A stretch of DNA of 64,000 nt from the NCBI RefSeq assembly GCF_006345805.1, contig NC_043009.1, forward strand, positions 36,456,001 through 36,520,000, written 5' to 3'. The DNA is from Octopus sinensis. Lineage: Eukaryota. Both the position numbers and the translations under genes were made by a program. The notes under the pieces were generated by a model. The model made no database searches, was not told the origin of the DNA, and saw only the letters and a program-made list of their open reading frames with translations. The stretch's first letter is position 1. Every line of letters starts with the position of its first letter. Shown here piece after piece: positions 1-12,714 of the stretch.

Positions 1-187
1 TAACTCCTTATCCTCTTGGTGATTTTGGATAAAAAAATTATACATATGAGTCCTTCGAATTTAACTAAATTCTATAATTTTAGGCACTGAAGATTGCTCT
101 ACATTTTAAATTGATGTAGTCTGTTAAAGGTCCTATACATGTTCATTACATATATATAACTATTGTGAATGTATTATATTTATATCA

Positions 188-733
188 TCTCTTATATAAA
201 ATCCATTCTGTCTGTCTGTCTGTGTGTCTTCTCGGATCTTGGGCATCCTCCATCCGATTGCGCTCAAATTTTAATATGTATTAATATGTATCAGGGTATG
301 TATAAGTCTTGAAAAAATCGATTCCAGGTGAGAATGTGATCGATAAAGCCGTTTTTGTCCTGATTTTCTTCTGTCAACCTGTACATAACTACACCTTCCA
401 TTTTTTGTCATTTTTGCACTGCTTAAAGGTACATTTCTTTCCTGCCAAGTTTACTGTTTAAACCATGTTTGTGTTCTCCCAGTCAACAGCCTTATCATTA
501 CTGGTACTTTAAACTCTTTGGTTGCTTATTTGTGTGAATAAAATTGTTTTACTTTGGGATAGAAAAAAAGCCTATCTTTATTTCTTCTTTTGCTGGTGTC
601 CCAAATTTTGGTTAAATCAGTGTTTCTCAAAGGGGAGGCCTATGGGACGGTCAGACAAGTTGTTTTGAGAAAATTTGGTTTAAATGTTTGACAACTCAGC
701 ACCGTTCATTGGAGGGGGGGGGCGTTTTACTAG
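188..733 (+). mobile_element. Possible non-autonomous Helitron-like element
   Basis: Starts A|TC followed by TCTTATATAAAA and a (CTGT)n run; ends ...TTTTACTAG|T. The expected terminal hairpin is not clear. Confidence 0.35.
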
Positions 734-1085
734 TTATTATAATAATAATGTTATCATTATGATTCATATTATTTTTATATTCATAATATAGTTTCTAACT
801 GTGATGAAACATGTATAGCATGGAATTGAAAAATATACCAAATTTTCCAGTCATTGTTTTAATATATACTTACTCTACAGACATTATAATTCATCAGGAC
901 TTTCAACTAGTATAGATGACTCATCTAAAGTAAAACATCCTACATACATGCATTTTATTACTGGAATGTGTAGATGTCCATCATGAGCATACAGCTTGGA
1001 TTATAACCCCTTCTAGCTGACACATAGTCAGATAGAAAGGATGGAAAGAGAAAGTATTGCATGTTTGTGTATGTATGTGTGTGGT

Positions 1086-1450
1086 GGAAGCACTCCATCG
1101 GTTACGACGACAAGGGTTCCGGTTGATCCGATCAACGGAACAGCCCGCTCGTGAAATTAACGTGTAAGTGGCTGAGCACTCCACAGACACGTACACCCTT
1201 AACGTAGTTCTCGGGGATATTCAGCGTGACACAGAGAGTGACAAGGCCGGCCCCTTGAAAAACAGGAAGTAAGAGTGAGAGAAAGTTGTGGTGAAAGAGT
1301 ACTGCAGGAATCACTACCATCCCTGCCGGAACCTTGTGGAGCTTTAGGTGTTTTTGCTCAATAAACACTCACAACACCTGGTCTGGGAATCGAAACCGCG
1401 ATCCTACGACCGCGAGTCCGCTGCCCTAACCACTGGGCCATTGCGCCTCC
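1086..1450 (-). mobile_element. tRNA-headed SINE (family A)
   Basis: Reverse complement begins GGAGGCGCAATGGCCCAGTGGTTAGGGCAGCGG with a B-box-like GGTTTCGATTCC. Same family as 17692-18030, 25143-25320 and the related copy at 10811-11130. Confidence 0.8.
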
Positions 1451-2225
1451 GTATGTGTGTGTGTACATACATACATATATCATCATCATCATTTAGCATC
1501 TGTTTTCCATGCTAACATGGGTTAGCCGGTTTGACTGGAACTGGTAAACCAGAGAGCTGCACCAGGCTCCAGTCTGTTTTGGCTTGATTTCTATGGCTGA
1601 ATGTCCTTCCAAATGCAGAATGTACCAGATGCCTTTTATGTATCACTGGCCAACTGATAAAGAAAGTCACTTCATAATGATGAGGCCAACACACAGCACC
1701 CAGAGCAAGTTCCTTGCGGATTATACAGTCAACACTGTTACACATACTGCTATGTCAGACTGTTACAGGCGTCTGTGAGATACTCAGTCACTTAGTTAAT
1801 AATTCAATGAGTCAGCAGTGCAGTTAATTGAAGAACTACAATAATCATGGTCATCAAACCAAAACAGGTTCCTCTTACAACAGAGGATTCCTACCTGTTG
1901 TTTCTGTCATATCCATAAATTCCAATGCTTTGTGTACAGAAAGTAGCATCAATGTCATTTACTAGCACCACAAGGTCATGTCATGTTGCTATGTAAACAA
2001 ACAGGTCAGAGGAAACACTAACAGCATTAGTTTGTGATTCATTCACTTCTTTTACCTTCTACTCATGTATAGCTAGGTAGGTGAGTGAATGATCAATAAT
2101 GCAACGATTATATCAACTAGTGTTAATATGGTATTTGAGTTTTGTAATGCTAATAGCTAAGTAGTTAATGTATTTTACTAAAGAGTAAAACTTGTTCACA
2201 AATGGGACATACACACGTATACACA

Positions 2226-2263
<38 letters not shown>

Positions 2264-3429
2264 CGTACGTACACATATTTACACACACTTCATTTTTGTT
2301 ATACATCCACTTTCTAAGCTGCCATGGGTTAGAAAGGTCATTATCATCCAAGTCAGTTCATATTTCAAGCTACTGCACTTCCCACTTTCCACTTGTACCT
2401 TTTATTCTGGTGTTGTTACTCTGGCTTGATGTCCTCCTTAATACCAACCATTTTACAGAATGTACTGAGTGCATTTTATCGTGCCCCCCCCCCCCACCTA
2501 ACACTTAAAAGACAGGACTCAAGAGACCTCTCAACCCTACTGTCCCCACTTGTTCACTATTAAGAGTGCAACATGAATTTTATCATGGCACCAACATCAG
2601 AGTTGTTGCCTTGTACCCAACAAAACAAAAGCCGTCATCATCCCAGTATGTTTCTCAATTCAAGGCAACATGACCAATAGAGTGTGCAAGATAGAGGATG
2701 ACTATAGAAGATGAATGAAGGTTGGATGGTGGAGGAAGTCAGTGACTGGTATAAGAGTGTGGAAAGAAGAGAAAGAAATAAGAGAAAGAGCAACAGTGCC
2801 AGAAGTGATAGAAAGGAGACATTAATGGCAGTGTGATGAAAGAGACAATGCTAGGAGTGATAAAAGAGAGATAGTAGTAGTAGTCGTAGGGCATAAGAGG
2901 GAGAGAAAACTAGTGGTAGATATAGTATTGGTTGGTGGTAAGAGAGTGTAATAAATGTGAATTAGTGTCCTGGAGAAGAATGAGTGATGGCTAGGAAGTA
3001 TAGAAGGATGATGCTCGCAAGTAAGAGAGAGATATGAAATGATGAAAAGTGAGATAGTATGGTAAGAGAGTGATGGATAATAAAATGGTGACTGAGAGGA
3101 ATGGAGATGAAGGAGAGCTACATGTTTACTAGTAAGAGAGATCTAATAGCTGTCCATAGGATGTCAGAAAATCCATTGCAATTATTCATTACTCAATGAT
3201 TTGGAAAGAGTGAGAGATAAATACGAGTAGTGATAGAGGGGAAATTAAATATGGATGGACATCACTCCACAGGTAGCATACTGCAGTGAATAGAAGGGAT
3301 GACAGAGAGATGAGAGGGCATCAAATAGGTAAGAGGGTCAATAAATGGTGATTCCAGGTACAAAAGGGAGAAACTCCCAAATAAATGTATTATAAATTCC
3401 AACCTCTGCCATTGCAACACCCCTCATTT

Positions 3430-4250
3430 TAATGTACATTTAACCAAGCTTTCAGAGATTGTCAAGTCTTCTCCAGCACTACATATTGCCAGTCAATATG
3501 GCTTTGTGTTATCTCTGCTGAGATATATCTTAAGATCAATCATTATCACTTTACTCCATATCTTCCTCAGGCTAGCTTTCATTACTTTGAGTGCTCAGCA
3601 TTTCCATACATAGCCTATCAGCCTCCTTCACATGCATTACAGGCACATAACAGCACCATCTCTTCTTCTCTACATTAAATCTGATTCCTCTTATACTCAG
3701 TTTTTCTCTCAGCTCATTTGAACTCCACTGTCCATGCAGGTTAACACTGTACATCCAGTGAAACATGCTTTCTTTAAGTCAGCAAATGCTAGGTATAGTG
3801 GCCTGCTCCTAAGTATTTTAAATGTTTCATGTGAAAGTGGACATCAAATAAACTGCATCTCACCTGGGCTTTCTCCAAATCAATTCTGCTACATTTCTGT
3901 GACCTTCATTGCCTGATCCAACAATTTTATGCCTCTGTACTATCTATATTTATTCTTCAAGTATTTAACCTATTCCCTACATCACCAGATATTTCAAACA
4001 TTGTAGCAACAGTCCCTGATGGACGAGCAGCTTTCTCTATCTTCATCTTCTTGATTGCTCAATCTACAATACAGCTGTCAACTTGGATGGATAGCTCCTC
4101 TGTTGGGTCTACATTATATCTTTGCTGAATTAACTTGGGATTCTTTAACAACAATCAACCTTCATATAATTAGGGTATTTTCGACCTGATAAGTAACTAT
4201 TTGGGTACTCCTCGTTGAGTAATTACATCAGAGGATCTGCTAGATAGGAA
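3430..4250 (-). mobile_element. Highly decayed RTE-clade LINE fragments
   Basis: Minus-strand remnants such as AIKKMKIEKAARPSGTVATMFEISG resemble the RTE RT N-terminal region; many stops. Confidence 0.45.
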
Positions 4251-4893
4251 ATGTAGGTAGCCTGGATTTTATCTGTTCCACTCCTTCAATTTGGATATAT
4301 ATATATATATATATAAGTAAAGGAGGGTTCAAAATCTGACAGTGAACAGTAGTTTCAACTCAGAGGGAGAATCTTAAGAGTAGAATTCTTTCTTAGAGCT
4401 AAAAGTATTTTGTACATCCAATCACACACACACACTATACTAGACGAGAAGAATCTAGTTTATATCTGCAATTTTAGTACAGAAAAAAAAGAAAACCAAC
4501 AATTTAAGTTAGCTTTATTCATATATATTTCAGCCTAACACATTTCTGATAGAGCAGACGTTCAAGCAATGTCATTCTTGGGTTTTTTTTTAATATATAG
4601 GACCATATTATCCAATGTGTTTTTGGTCCTTTGAAGACTGTAGGATGTTTTTTTAGAGAGAAATTTGGTTGCTATTTCTAGTAGGTTGAGGGACTGCAAA
4701 AAGGTTTTTCATTGGTTGCTTATCAAAAGAAAGATATCCTTACAGCTTCTATTACTGGGGGTTTTAAAGATGACTTTTGAAATATCCTGATTATGTTTGT
4801 GTGTGACCTGTATTTGAGTGGATGCATTCATGTGTAATACACAAGTGAATGTTCATATAATATGCAAGCATGTACGTGTTTGGACATAACATT

Positions 4894-4925
<32 letters not shown>

Positions 4926-5278
4926 TTCTAGCTATTATTTATAATTAGAGCTAATAGTTTAATTGGGTTGATTACTCGTTTAGCACGGAATTAGTAACTC
5001 ATGCATGTCTAACAAGCATGTGTGTGAATGTATGTATATATATATATATATATATATATACAAATTGAGATAGGATCTGCTAGATAGGAAACGTAGGTAG
5101 CCTGGATTTTATCTGTTCCCCTCCCTCAATTTATGTACATTCCTTTATGTACACTGATTTGTTCTGCTTTTTATATTTAACCCTACAGTCTCTTATGTGG
5201 TGATCTAATAAAGTATGTGATTGAGTATTATCTGGTAATTGATATTTGATTTAGATGTATTTCTCCATTTTCTTATCT

Positions 5279-5331
<53 letters not shown>

Positions 5332-5730
5332 CTGGTTGTGTGTGTATATGTGTAAATGTATGTATGAAAGGTGTGCAAATCGTTTTAATTTTCCTCAAAC
5401 AACCGATAATGATACTTAGATATATTATATAATATTAAACAACTTATATACTGAGTGATACAGAGGCCCCATTCAGTCAAACAGCTGATACAACCACTTC
5501 GTTTGACGACTGGCGTTATGGGCTTAAACACCAGTTAGTATTGTTGTTGCTTTTTAAAAGCTAACTGTTGAAAGAAAGAAAAAAATCTCTTTACAAAAGT
5601 AATAAGAATGAATGACCATTGCTTTTGCTTTGTTATTACAGAAGAATTATTGCTCATATGTGCTTAGTTTTTCGTAGACTTTAATTTAATCACTCTTTAA
5701 ATTCAACACTAAATGAACATAGGTGGTATA

Positions 5731-5930
5731 TACTTTTCTACTCTAGGTACAAGGCCCGAAATTTTGGGGGGAGTGGCCCAGCTGATTAGATCGACCCCAA
5801 TACGCAACTGGTACTTACTTTATCGACCTCGAAATGATGAAAGGCAAAGTCGACCTCAGCAGAATTTGACAGACGAAATACCGCTAAGTATTTCGCTTGG
5901 CGTGCTAACGTTTCTGCCAGCAAGCCACCT
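5731..5930 (-). mobile_element. SINE family B (GGCGGCGAGCTGGCAGAAACGTTAGCACG head; GTCGACTTTGCCTTTCATCC...GATAAAT..GTACCAG core)
   Basis: Multi-copy in this window: also about 11483-11720, 12225-12440, 14150-14285, 24306-24720, 41790-42152, 42230-42365, 57805-58020, 58838-59075 and 63165-63380. Confidence 0.8.
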
Positions 5931-6092
5931 TATTACAGGTGATATATATAGTAATATTTAACTGCTTAGGCCGGGTCGCCGGCCGCCAAACGAAACGATA
6001 CGGAGCAGCAGCAGTTTGTAAAAGTGAAAGTGGACCCTTACATGCAAGGATCACCACAAATCAATGAAAAGTAACTCTGAAACATAACAAAC

Positions 6093-6137
<45 letters not shown>

Positions 6138-6407
6138 CGGAGAGAGAGAGAGGTATGCCAACGCAAGTACTACCCCTCCCACTATTCCGAATTTGTTTCC
6201 TCATAACGTTTAGAAAAATGGATTTTTCATAAAATTTTCTACAAATACCTTTCAGATGGTATAGATTACGATTGTATCGGAATCTGTTGAAAAAAAAAAT
6301 TGATGGTGGGGAAGGAGAGCTTAAGATAATTTATACGAATCAACTTCGTTAAAAGTCGACTTTAAAAAATTGGTATCTTTTAAAATGAAATTATATATAT
6401 ATAAGCA

Positions 6408-6522
6408 ATCTTTCAGTGTTAGTAAACGACGTCATTCATCCACACAACGTTCCTTCATGACAGATTAAGAGGCTAGGCTTGGGAAAGAGGATGAATGATG
6501 TCGTCTACTAAAACCGAAAGAC
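6408..6522. repeat. Small hairpin/MITE-like element with about 32-bp inverted arms
   Basis: CTTTCAGTGTTAGTAAACGACGTCATTCATCC (6410-6441) pairs with GGATGAATGATGTCGTCTACTAAAACCGAAAG (6489-6520) with 4 mismatches. Confidence 0.65.
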
Positions 6523-6715
6523 TCTCTCTCTCTCTCTCTGTGTATGTATGTATGTATATATATATATAACAAAATGGGACAAGAACGCAAACACCCGGAC
6601 AGCTAGGTGATACAAAAATGGGACAACAAAGCATCCAGATATATATATATAAGTTGACATAATAGAATGTCTAAAAGTTCATGAACCACCTATTGATCCC
6701 CTCCATTTTCTTATT

Positions 6716-6813
<98 letters not shown>

Positions 6814-6879
6814 ATATTATATATATATATATATAAGTTTGAAAACGCCACTATATAAGATAAATTTTAATTTTCTTAG

Positions 6880-6931
6880 AGATTTTACATGTTTCGGTTC
6901 TTCTTGAAAAAACAAACCTTATCAAAAATAT
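6880..6931 (-). ncRNA. Minimal type-I hammerhead ribozyme-like motif, U3-A8 core variant
   Basis: Minus strand reads ATATTT-TTGATAA-GGTTT-loop-GAACC-GAAA-CATG-TA/AAATCT. All core positions are present, helix II is 4-5 bp, helix III is the palindrome ACATGT and the cleavage triplet is GUA. Confidence 0.6.
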
Positions 6932-6990
6932 TTTTAAAAGTCAAGTGTACTAAAAAAGTTCATAATTGTTTCTTACAATATATACGTGTG

Positions 6991-7021
<31 letters not shown>

Positions 7022-7088
7022 ATATATATATGTATATGTGTGTCTGTATATCTATATATATATATATGTATATGTGTGTCTGTATATC

Positions 7089-7143
<55 letters not shown>

Positions 7144-7840
7144 GGTGTGGAGAGAGAGATGAAAGACATACCAACCGTGACCACCCGCCTTTGCCCTGTG
7201 TGCACGGAACAGAGGAACACATTATCAAGCATATTTCTTTTTATTATGTTTTTTAAGCGGTAGGGTATTATTAAGAGACTTGGCTGCTATTTTTAACGCT
7301 CGAGTGATCATGAAGAGGGCCATATCATTGCCATCATATAGCAGTGTGTGTGGGTGCGTGTGTGTGTTTAAGGAAAAAGGTGAGAAAGATATACAAGGCA
7401 TTACATACATTGAACGAAATACAATATTCTGAGGTTTACAGACGGAAACAGAAATATGTGGGAAGATCGTTACATAAATACCGACACATGTGTATATATA
7501 TGTATATGTATATATATACACGCGCGCGAAAGTGAAGTGGGAGGGTGTTCTTAAGAGAATCTCAGCAGTTTTCTTCTAAATTTTTTTATATGCATTAAAA
7601 AATAAGGCGGGGTTTTGGAATAGCTGCCTTCGAAGTTTTATTTATTTATTTATTAATTTATTTATTCATGCAATCGAAATTACGATACTGAAAAAGAAAT
7701 CTTTCCCAAAAATTTCAGTTTTTTTCACTTTTTTGCTCTCTAATTCCGTACTGTTTTCCTTCCCTTCTTCCATGAAATAAGTGACTTCGAAGGACAACTA
7801 TTTCAAAATATTGGCCAAAAAATTAAATAACAATGCTTAC

Positions 7841-8032
7841 TCCGCAATGGGTGCGCGTCGATCGCTCGAAGTCGTATAAGAGTGACCAAGTGACAGAAAA
7901 TACTATTCCAAAGACCGGTAGAAATGCAACAACACTGGCAATAACCGGTGCCGTCAACCTGATGTAAACTTGTGGCTGTTGTTGTTGTTGTTGGTATCTA
8001 TCATTCCGGCTTAAAATTGTAGCGTCTGCCAT
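7841..8032 (-). CDS. PGAP2: Post-GPI attachment to proteins factor 2 (Frag1/DRAM/Sfk1 family), first coding exon
   Basis: 64 codons MADATILSRNDRYQQQQQQPQVYIRLTAPVIASVVAFLPVFGIVFSVTWSLLYDFERSTRTHCG, then a phase-0 GTAAGC donor at 7840. The TM helix plus WSLLxDFxxSTxTHC matches the PGAP2 N-terminus. No further exon was identified in 1-7840. Confidence 0.85.
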
Positions 8033-8322
8033 TTTTGACTCAAAACCGACTTCTCGAGGTTTTATCTGGTTTCTCACACCGGAGAAGGAGAATAATGGCT
8101 TAACGTAGAGGTTATGTCCCTTGGTTTTACTTTTGGTTTCACATTCATACATTACACATTCATATACATGCGTACACACACAGACACACACAATTATATT
8201 TGGTGCCTTGTACTTATTTTTAATTTTACACGATATATATATATATATATATATATGTAGGTCCCGGGTTGAGTCGGGGTTAACCACAGTAAATAAGGTA
8301 CTCAATACATAGAGTAAATTAA

Positions 8323-8437
8323 TTTATTTTATAGAAGGAGCTTCTACAGGACTAAAACTGTTTCATTCAAAAGAAATCGATGATTTCTTTTGAATGAAAC
8401 AGTTCTAGTCCTGTAGAAGCTCCTTCTATAAAATAAA
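8323..8437. repeat. Near-perfect palindrome (56-bp arms, 3-nt loop, 1 mismatch)
   Basis: TTTATTTTATAGAAGGAGCTTCTACAGGACTAAAACTGTTTCATTCAAAAGAAATC-GAT-followed by its reverse complement. Confidence 0.9.
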
Positions 8438-8501
8438 AATATATATATATATATATATATAATTATTAGAGAGTTATCCACTATGTGGATAACTCTATAT
8501 A

Positions 8502-8684
8502 GGCGCAGGAATGGCTGTGTGGTAAGTAGCTTGCTAACCAACCACATGGTTCCGGGTTCAGTCCAACTGTGTGGCATCTTGGGCAAGTGTCTTCTGCTAT
8601 AGCCCCGGGCCGACCAATGCCTTGTGAGTGGATTTGGTAGACGGAAACTGAAAGAAGCCTGTCGTATATATATATATAATATAT

Positions 8685-8759
<75 letters not shown>

Positions 8760-8970
8760 ATGTGTGTGTTTGTGTGTCTGTGTTTGTCCCCCTAGCATTG
8801 CTTGACAACCGATGCTGGTGTGTTTACGTCCCCGTCACTTAGTGGTTCGGCAAAAGAGACCAATAGAATAAGTCCTGGGCTTACAAAGAATAAGTCCCGG
8901 GGTCGATTTGCTCGACTAAAGGTGGTGCTCCAGCACGGCCGCAGTCAAATGACTGAAACAAGTAAAAGAG
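8502..8970 (+). mobile_element. tRNA-headed SINE family C (GGCGCAGGAGTGGCTGTGTGGTAAGTAGC head, internal (TA)n/(TG)n, ...TGACTGAAACAAGTAAAAGAG tail)
   Basis: A/B-box-like head. Other copies at about 16854-17160, 18680-18880, 20445-20592, 25850-26230, 38700-39100 and 41395-41775. Confidence 0.85.
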
Positions 8971-8975
8971 AGAGA

Positions 8976-9025
<50 letters not shown>

Positions 9026-9068
9026 TATATATGTATTGTTATATATATATATATATACATATATAACG

Positions 9069-9122
<54 letters not shown>

Positions 9123-9639
9123 ATATGAATTAACAGAATGAGATAAAAAATACAAAGCTGTGAATAGTTTTCAGAAAATAGCAATTGGAAGGGTGTGACC
9201 CAACTCAAATAAAAATTAACAACTGTGTGACATGAGGGCTAAAGAGAAATGAAAGTATCACCTCTGGAGTTTGCAAATCACCACTATACTGATACGTAAC
9301 TGGACAGAATAAATTTACAATCTATGAATGTCTTTGAATAACCATTCACTCATCTGGGAAGGCCTTGAAATCAATGGTACTATCTGAGGACTATGTGTGA
9401 CCCAGTGATAATAAAAAGACACTTTGCAACTGACTCAGTGGAGGCAAAGATGCCTCTCATTTCTTGACAATTTATGCACCACATTGCAGAAATCACAATC
9501 TAAGTATATCTGAAAGTAAACTCTTACACTGTTGTACCATTGAATTACAAATAATGCTCATCTTTTATGCTCAGATGACCTTACAGTTTCCAAAAGTACA
9601 ACTGTATTCGTTTTTGCTTAGATAAAATGATTAAATTGT

Positions 9640-10105
9640 GGGTGTTAAGTCCCCATGAAGGGGTCTTTCTAACTTCTAAGATGAAATTTTAGAAATATTA
9701 CTTCATTTGTGTCTAATGTCTATGGTTAAAATTTCATCAACAGCAAAAATATATGAATATTCATGGGGGTTATGGCCCTTATGCATAGAATATAATTTCC
9801 AAATTTCATAAAAATCCATTCAGTACTTTTGACCTACTTTTGGATCATAAAAAAAATTTCGGAGTTAAGGCCCCCAATAGGGGGTCTTAGAATCCTCATG
9901 AGAAGTGGAAACTTTGAGAACACTTCTTGGTGTGTGTCAATTACCCATGATTGAAATTTCATCAACATCAAAAATTTATGAATTTTCATGGGAGATCTGC
10001 TCCCTTTAAACCATCTCAAATTCAAACCAAACATATTGCATTATACCCACCCTTATGCATTGAAGCTAAGTTCCAAATATCATAAGGATCCATTCAGTAA
10101 TTTTG
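9640..10105. repeat. Degenerate internal direct repeats (about 220-270 bp spacing), probably a non-autonomous DNA/rolling-circle element
   Basis: AAATTTCATCAAC.AAAAAT.TATGAAT.TTCATGGG at about 9728 and 9954; CCCTTATGCAT...CCAAAT.TCATAA..ATCCATTCAGTA at about 9777 and 10050. Confidence 0.5.
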
Positions 10106-10605
10106 GTGCATGAAATTGTGGTAGAGGAAGACCAAGGAAGATATGGAATGAGGTGGTGAAGCATGATCTTTGACTAGTGACTGAGACCTTTGGCGATATG
10201 CTGTGCTTGAGAAGACCTGTCAAGCCAAGTGAAATTACAGTCATGGCCAATGCTGGTGTCACATAAATGGCACCCATGCTGGTGGCACATAATAAGCACC
10301 ATTCAAGTGTTGGGCCTCACAGAGGCAATGACAAATGACAGAGACCTTTGGCATGATGTGGTGCTTGACCCATCAAGCCAAGTAAAATCACAGTTGTGGC
10401 AGATACTGGTGTCATGCAACTGGCACCCATACTAGTGGCATGTAAAAACACCCATTACACTCTCAGAGTGGTTGACTTTAGGAAGAGCATCAAGCGATAG
10501 AAACCATGCCAAATCAGACTGGAGTTGGGTGCAACCTTCCAGCTTGCCAACATTGGTTAAACCATCCAACCTTTGCCAGTTAAATTATGATGATGATGAT
10601 GATGA
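10105..10605 (+). mobile_element. RTE-clade LINE 3' end with duplicated GLTEAMTNDRDLW module and (GAT)n tail
   Basis: GRGRPRKIWNEVVKHDL-like end of ORF, repeated 3'UTR modules and a (GAT)n tail. Similar RTE tails occur at about 1480-1660, 27395-27570, 33965-34160, 44200-44790, 45545-45790, 46455-46737, 49850-50190, 55120-55500, 61740-62340 and 63580-63910. Confidence 0.8.
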
Positions 10606-12167
10606 TATCCCTCTCTCTCTTTCGGAGAGGCACTGAGCAGCTATACGCACACATACACACACGGCAGTAACTCCCGCCTACCGAATTCAATCACAAAGCT
10701 TCGGTCGACTCAGGGCTATAGTGGAAGACACCTACCCAAAGTCCCACGCAGTGGGACTGAACCCAAAACCATGTAGCGAGGAAGCAAACTAATCACACAC
10801 AGCCATGCCCGTGAAGGTGCATGGCTTAGTGGTTAGGGTATTTGGCTCACGATCATAAGGTTGCAAGTTCAATTCCCAGCAGCATATTGTGTCCTTGAGC
10901 AAGACACTTTATTTCATGTTACTCCAGTTCATTCAGCTGGCAAAAATAAGTTGTACCTGTAATTCAAAGGGTCAGCCTTGTCACATTCTGTGTCACACTG
11001 AATCTCCTCAAGAATTATGTTAAGGGTACACGTGTCTGTAGATTGCTCAACCACTTGCGTGTTAATTTCATGAGCTGCTTGTTCTGTTGATCGGATCGAC
11101 TGGAACCCTTGTTGGTGTGAGAGAGTGCCAAAATATGCATGTATACACACATGTGTGTGTGTGTGAGAGAGAGAGAGTTGAGCTATCAGAAGCATTAGCA
11201 CGTCAGACAAAATGTTTAGTATCTTTTTTCTGGTTTTACATTCCAGGTTCAAACAAAGCTGGGGTCAACTTCATTTTACACCCTTTTAGGTACTATAAAA
11301 TAAGAACCAGTTGAGTGTTGAGGTTGATGTAATCAACAATTCCCTTCCCTAAAATTGCTGGCCTTGTGACAGTCATATTTATTTTACCGTTCATTATGTC
11401 CTAAATTCAAAATTAGTCAGCTTTTACTTTCCCTTCTTCTATATCAAGGTCAATAAACTCAACATTGTTCAAGCCTGACCGCAATATATATTTCTTTACT
11501 ACCCACAAGGGGCCAAACACAGAGGAGACAAACAAGGACAGACAAACGGATTAAGTCGATTACATCGACCCCAGTGCGTAACTGGTACTTAATTTATCGA
11601 CCCCGGAAGGACGAAAGGCAAAGTCGACCTCGGCGGAATTTGAACTCAGAACGTAACAGCAGACGAAATACGGCTACGCATTTCGCCCAGCGTGCTAACG
11701 TTTCTGCCAGCTCGCCGCCTGACCGCAATATAGTTGACTGTACCTCCCACCATTCACCCAAATAAGAAACCTTGTATATCTATGTTAAATCATTGTTGCA
11801 TTTTTATTTTTAAATATTTGATGGCTTTTCTTCCATTTTATTATTCTAGTTTGCATTATTACATTGACTCACTTTTCTCTTTGTCTTGGCTTTCAGTCAA
11901 ATTTGGTTGCAATATTTTAGTTGCTATTGATTACTTGCTTTACACTAACTTCGGCACAAAGCCACATATATTTATTTATTTATTTGCTAAATTTGAATTA
12001 AAGAATTCATAGGACACACTGAAGAGAAAAGAATTAATTTAATTTGTTTTACAGCAGTAAATTACAGATACTTAGTTTTAAAAGATCTGGAAATAATGAC
12101 CAGAAGAGAAAAATTAACAAAAGAAAAATCAACCCTTATGAAAGTTGAAATCCAAAAAGCTATAATG

Positions 12168-12226
<59 letters not shown>

Positions 12227-12714
12227 CGTTTCAAATTTTAGTACAAGGCCAGTAATTTGGGGGAAGGGGATAAGTCAATTACATCAGCTCCAGTGCTCAC
12301 CTGATTCTTATTTTATCAACCCCAAGAAGATGAAAGGCAAAGCTGACCTCAGCAGAACTTGAACTCAAAACATAAAGACAGGCAAAATGCCACTAAGCAT
12401 TTTGCTTGGTGTGGTAACAATTCTGCCAGCTCATCACCTTAACAACAATAATAATTATTATTGTTGTTGTCATTGCTGTTGTTACAGGCTTGCACTGTAA
12501 ACCTACAGAAAAGTGCAAGAATCAAAAGAAAAAATTTGAGATTTGAGGAGAATGGTAGTCACCAAACTTCAAGGCAAAATCTGTGATAACTAATACAGTA
12601 TGTAATAGAATAATAAATTCTGTTAATATAGAAGCCACATTGATAGAAATAGTTTAAATAAAGAAGACAGGGTTGAAATTTTAGTACTATGTAAACTATA
12701 TATAAGGGTCAAAA

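Noticed and set aside
1380-1450. tRNA-like sequences at SINE heads (also 8502, 13268, 17692)
   Set aside because: No complete cloverleaf or acceptor stem, and each runs into a repeat body; called SINEs, not tRNA genes.
1895-1990. Minus-strand exon-like segment considered as the next PGAP2 exon
   Set aside because: All frames from the strong acceptor hit stops, and there is no match to the expected VPNYLPS(V/I)S continuation.
5972-6080. CpG-rich stretch with a minus-strand acceptor/donor pair (35-nt exon) inside the PGAP2 intron
   Set aside because: The phase-0 peptide SYFSLICGDPC does not match PGAP2; no other support.
6889-9208. Many ORFs rich in [12 protein letters not shown], here and throughout the ORF track
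   Set aside because: Translations of (TA)n, (TG)n and (TACA)n microsatellites; no coding signal.
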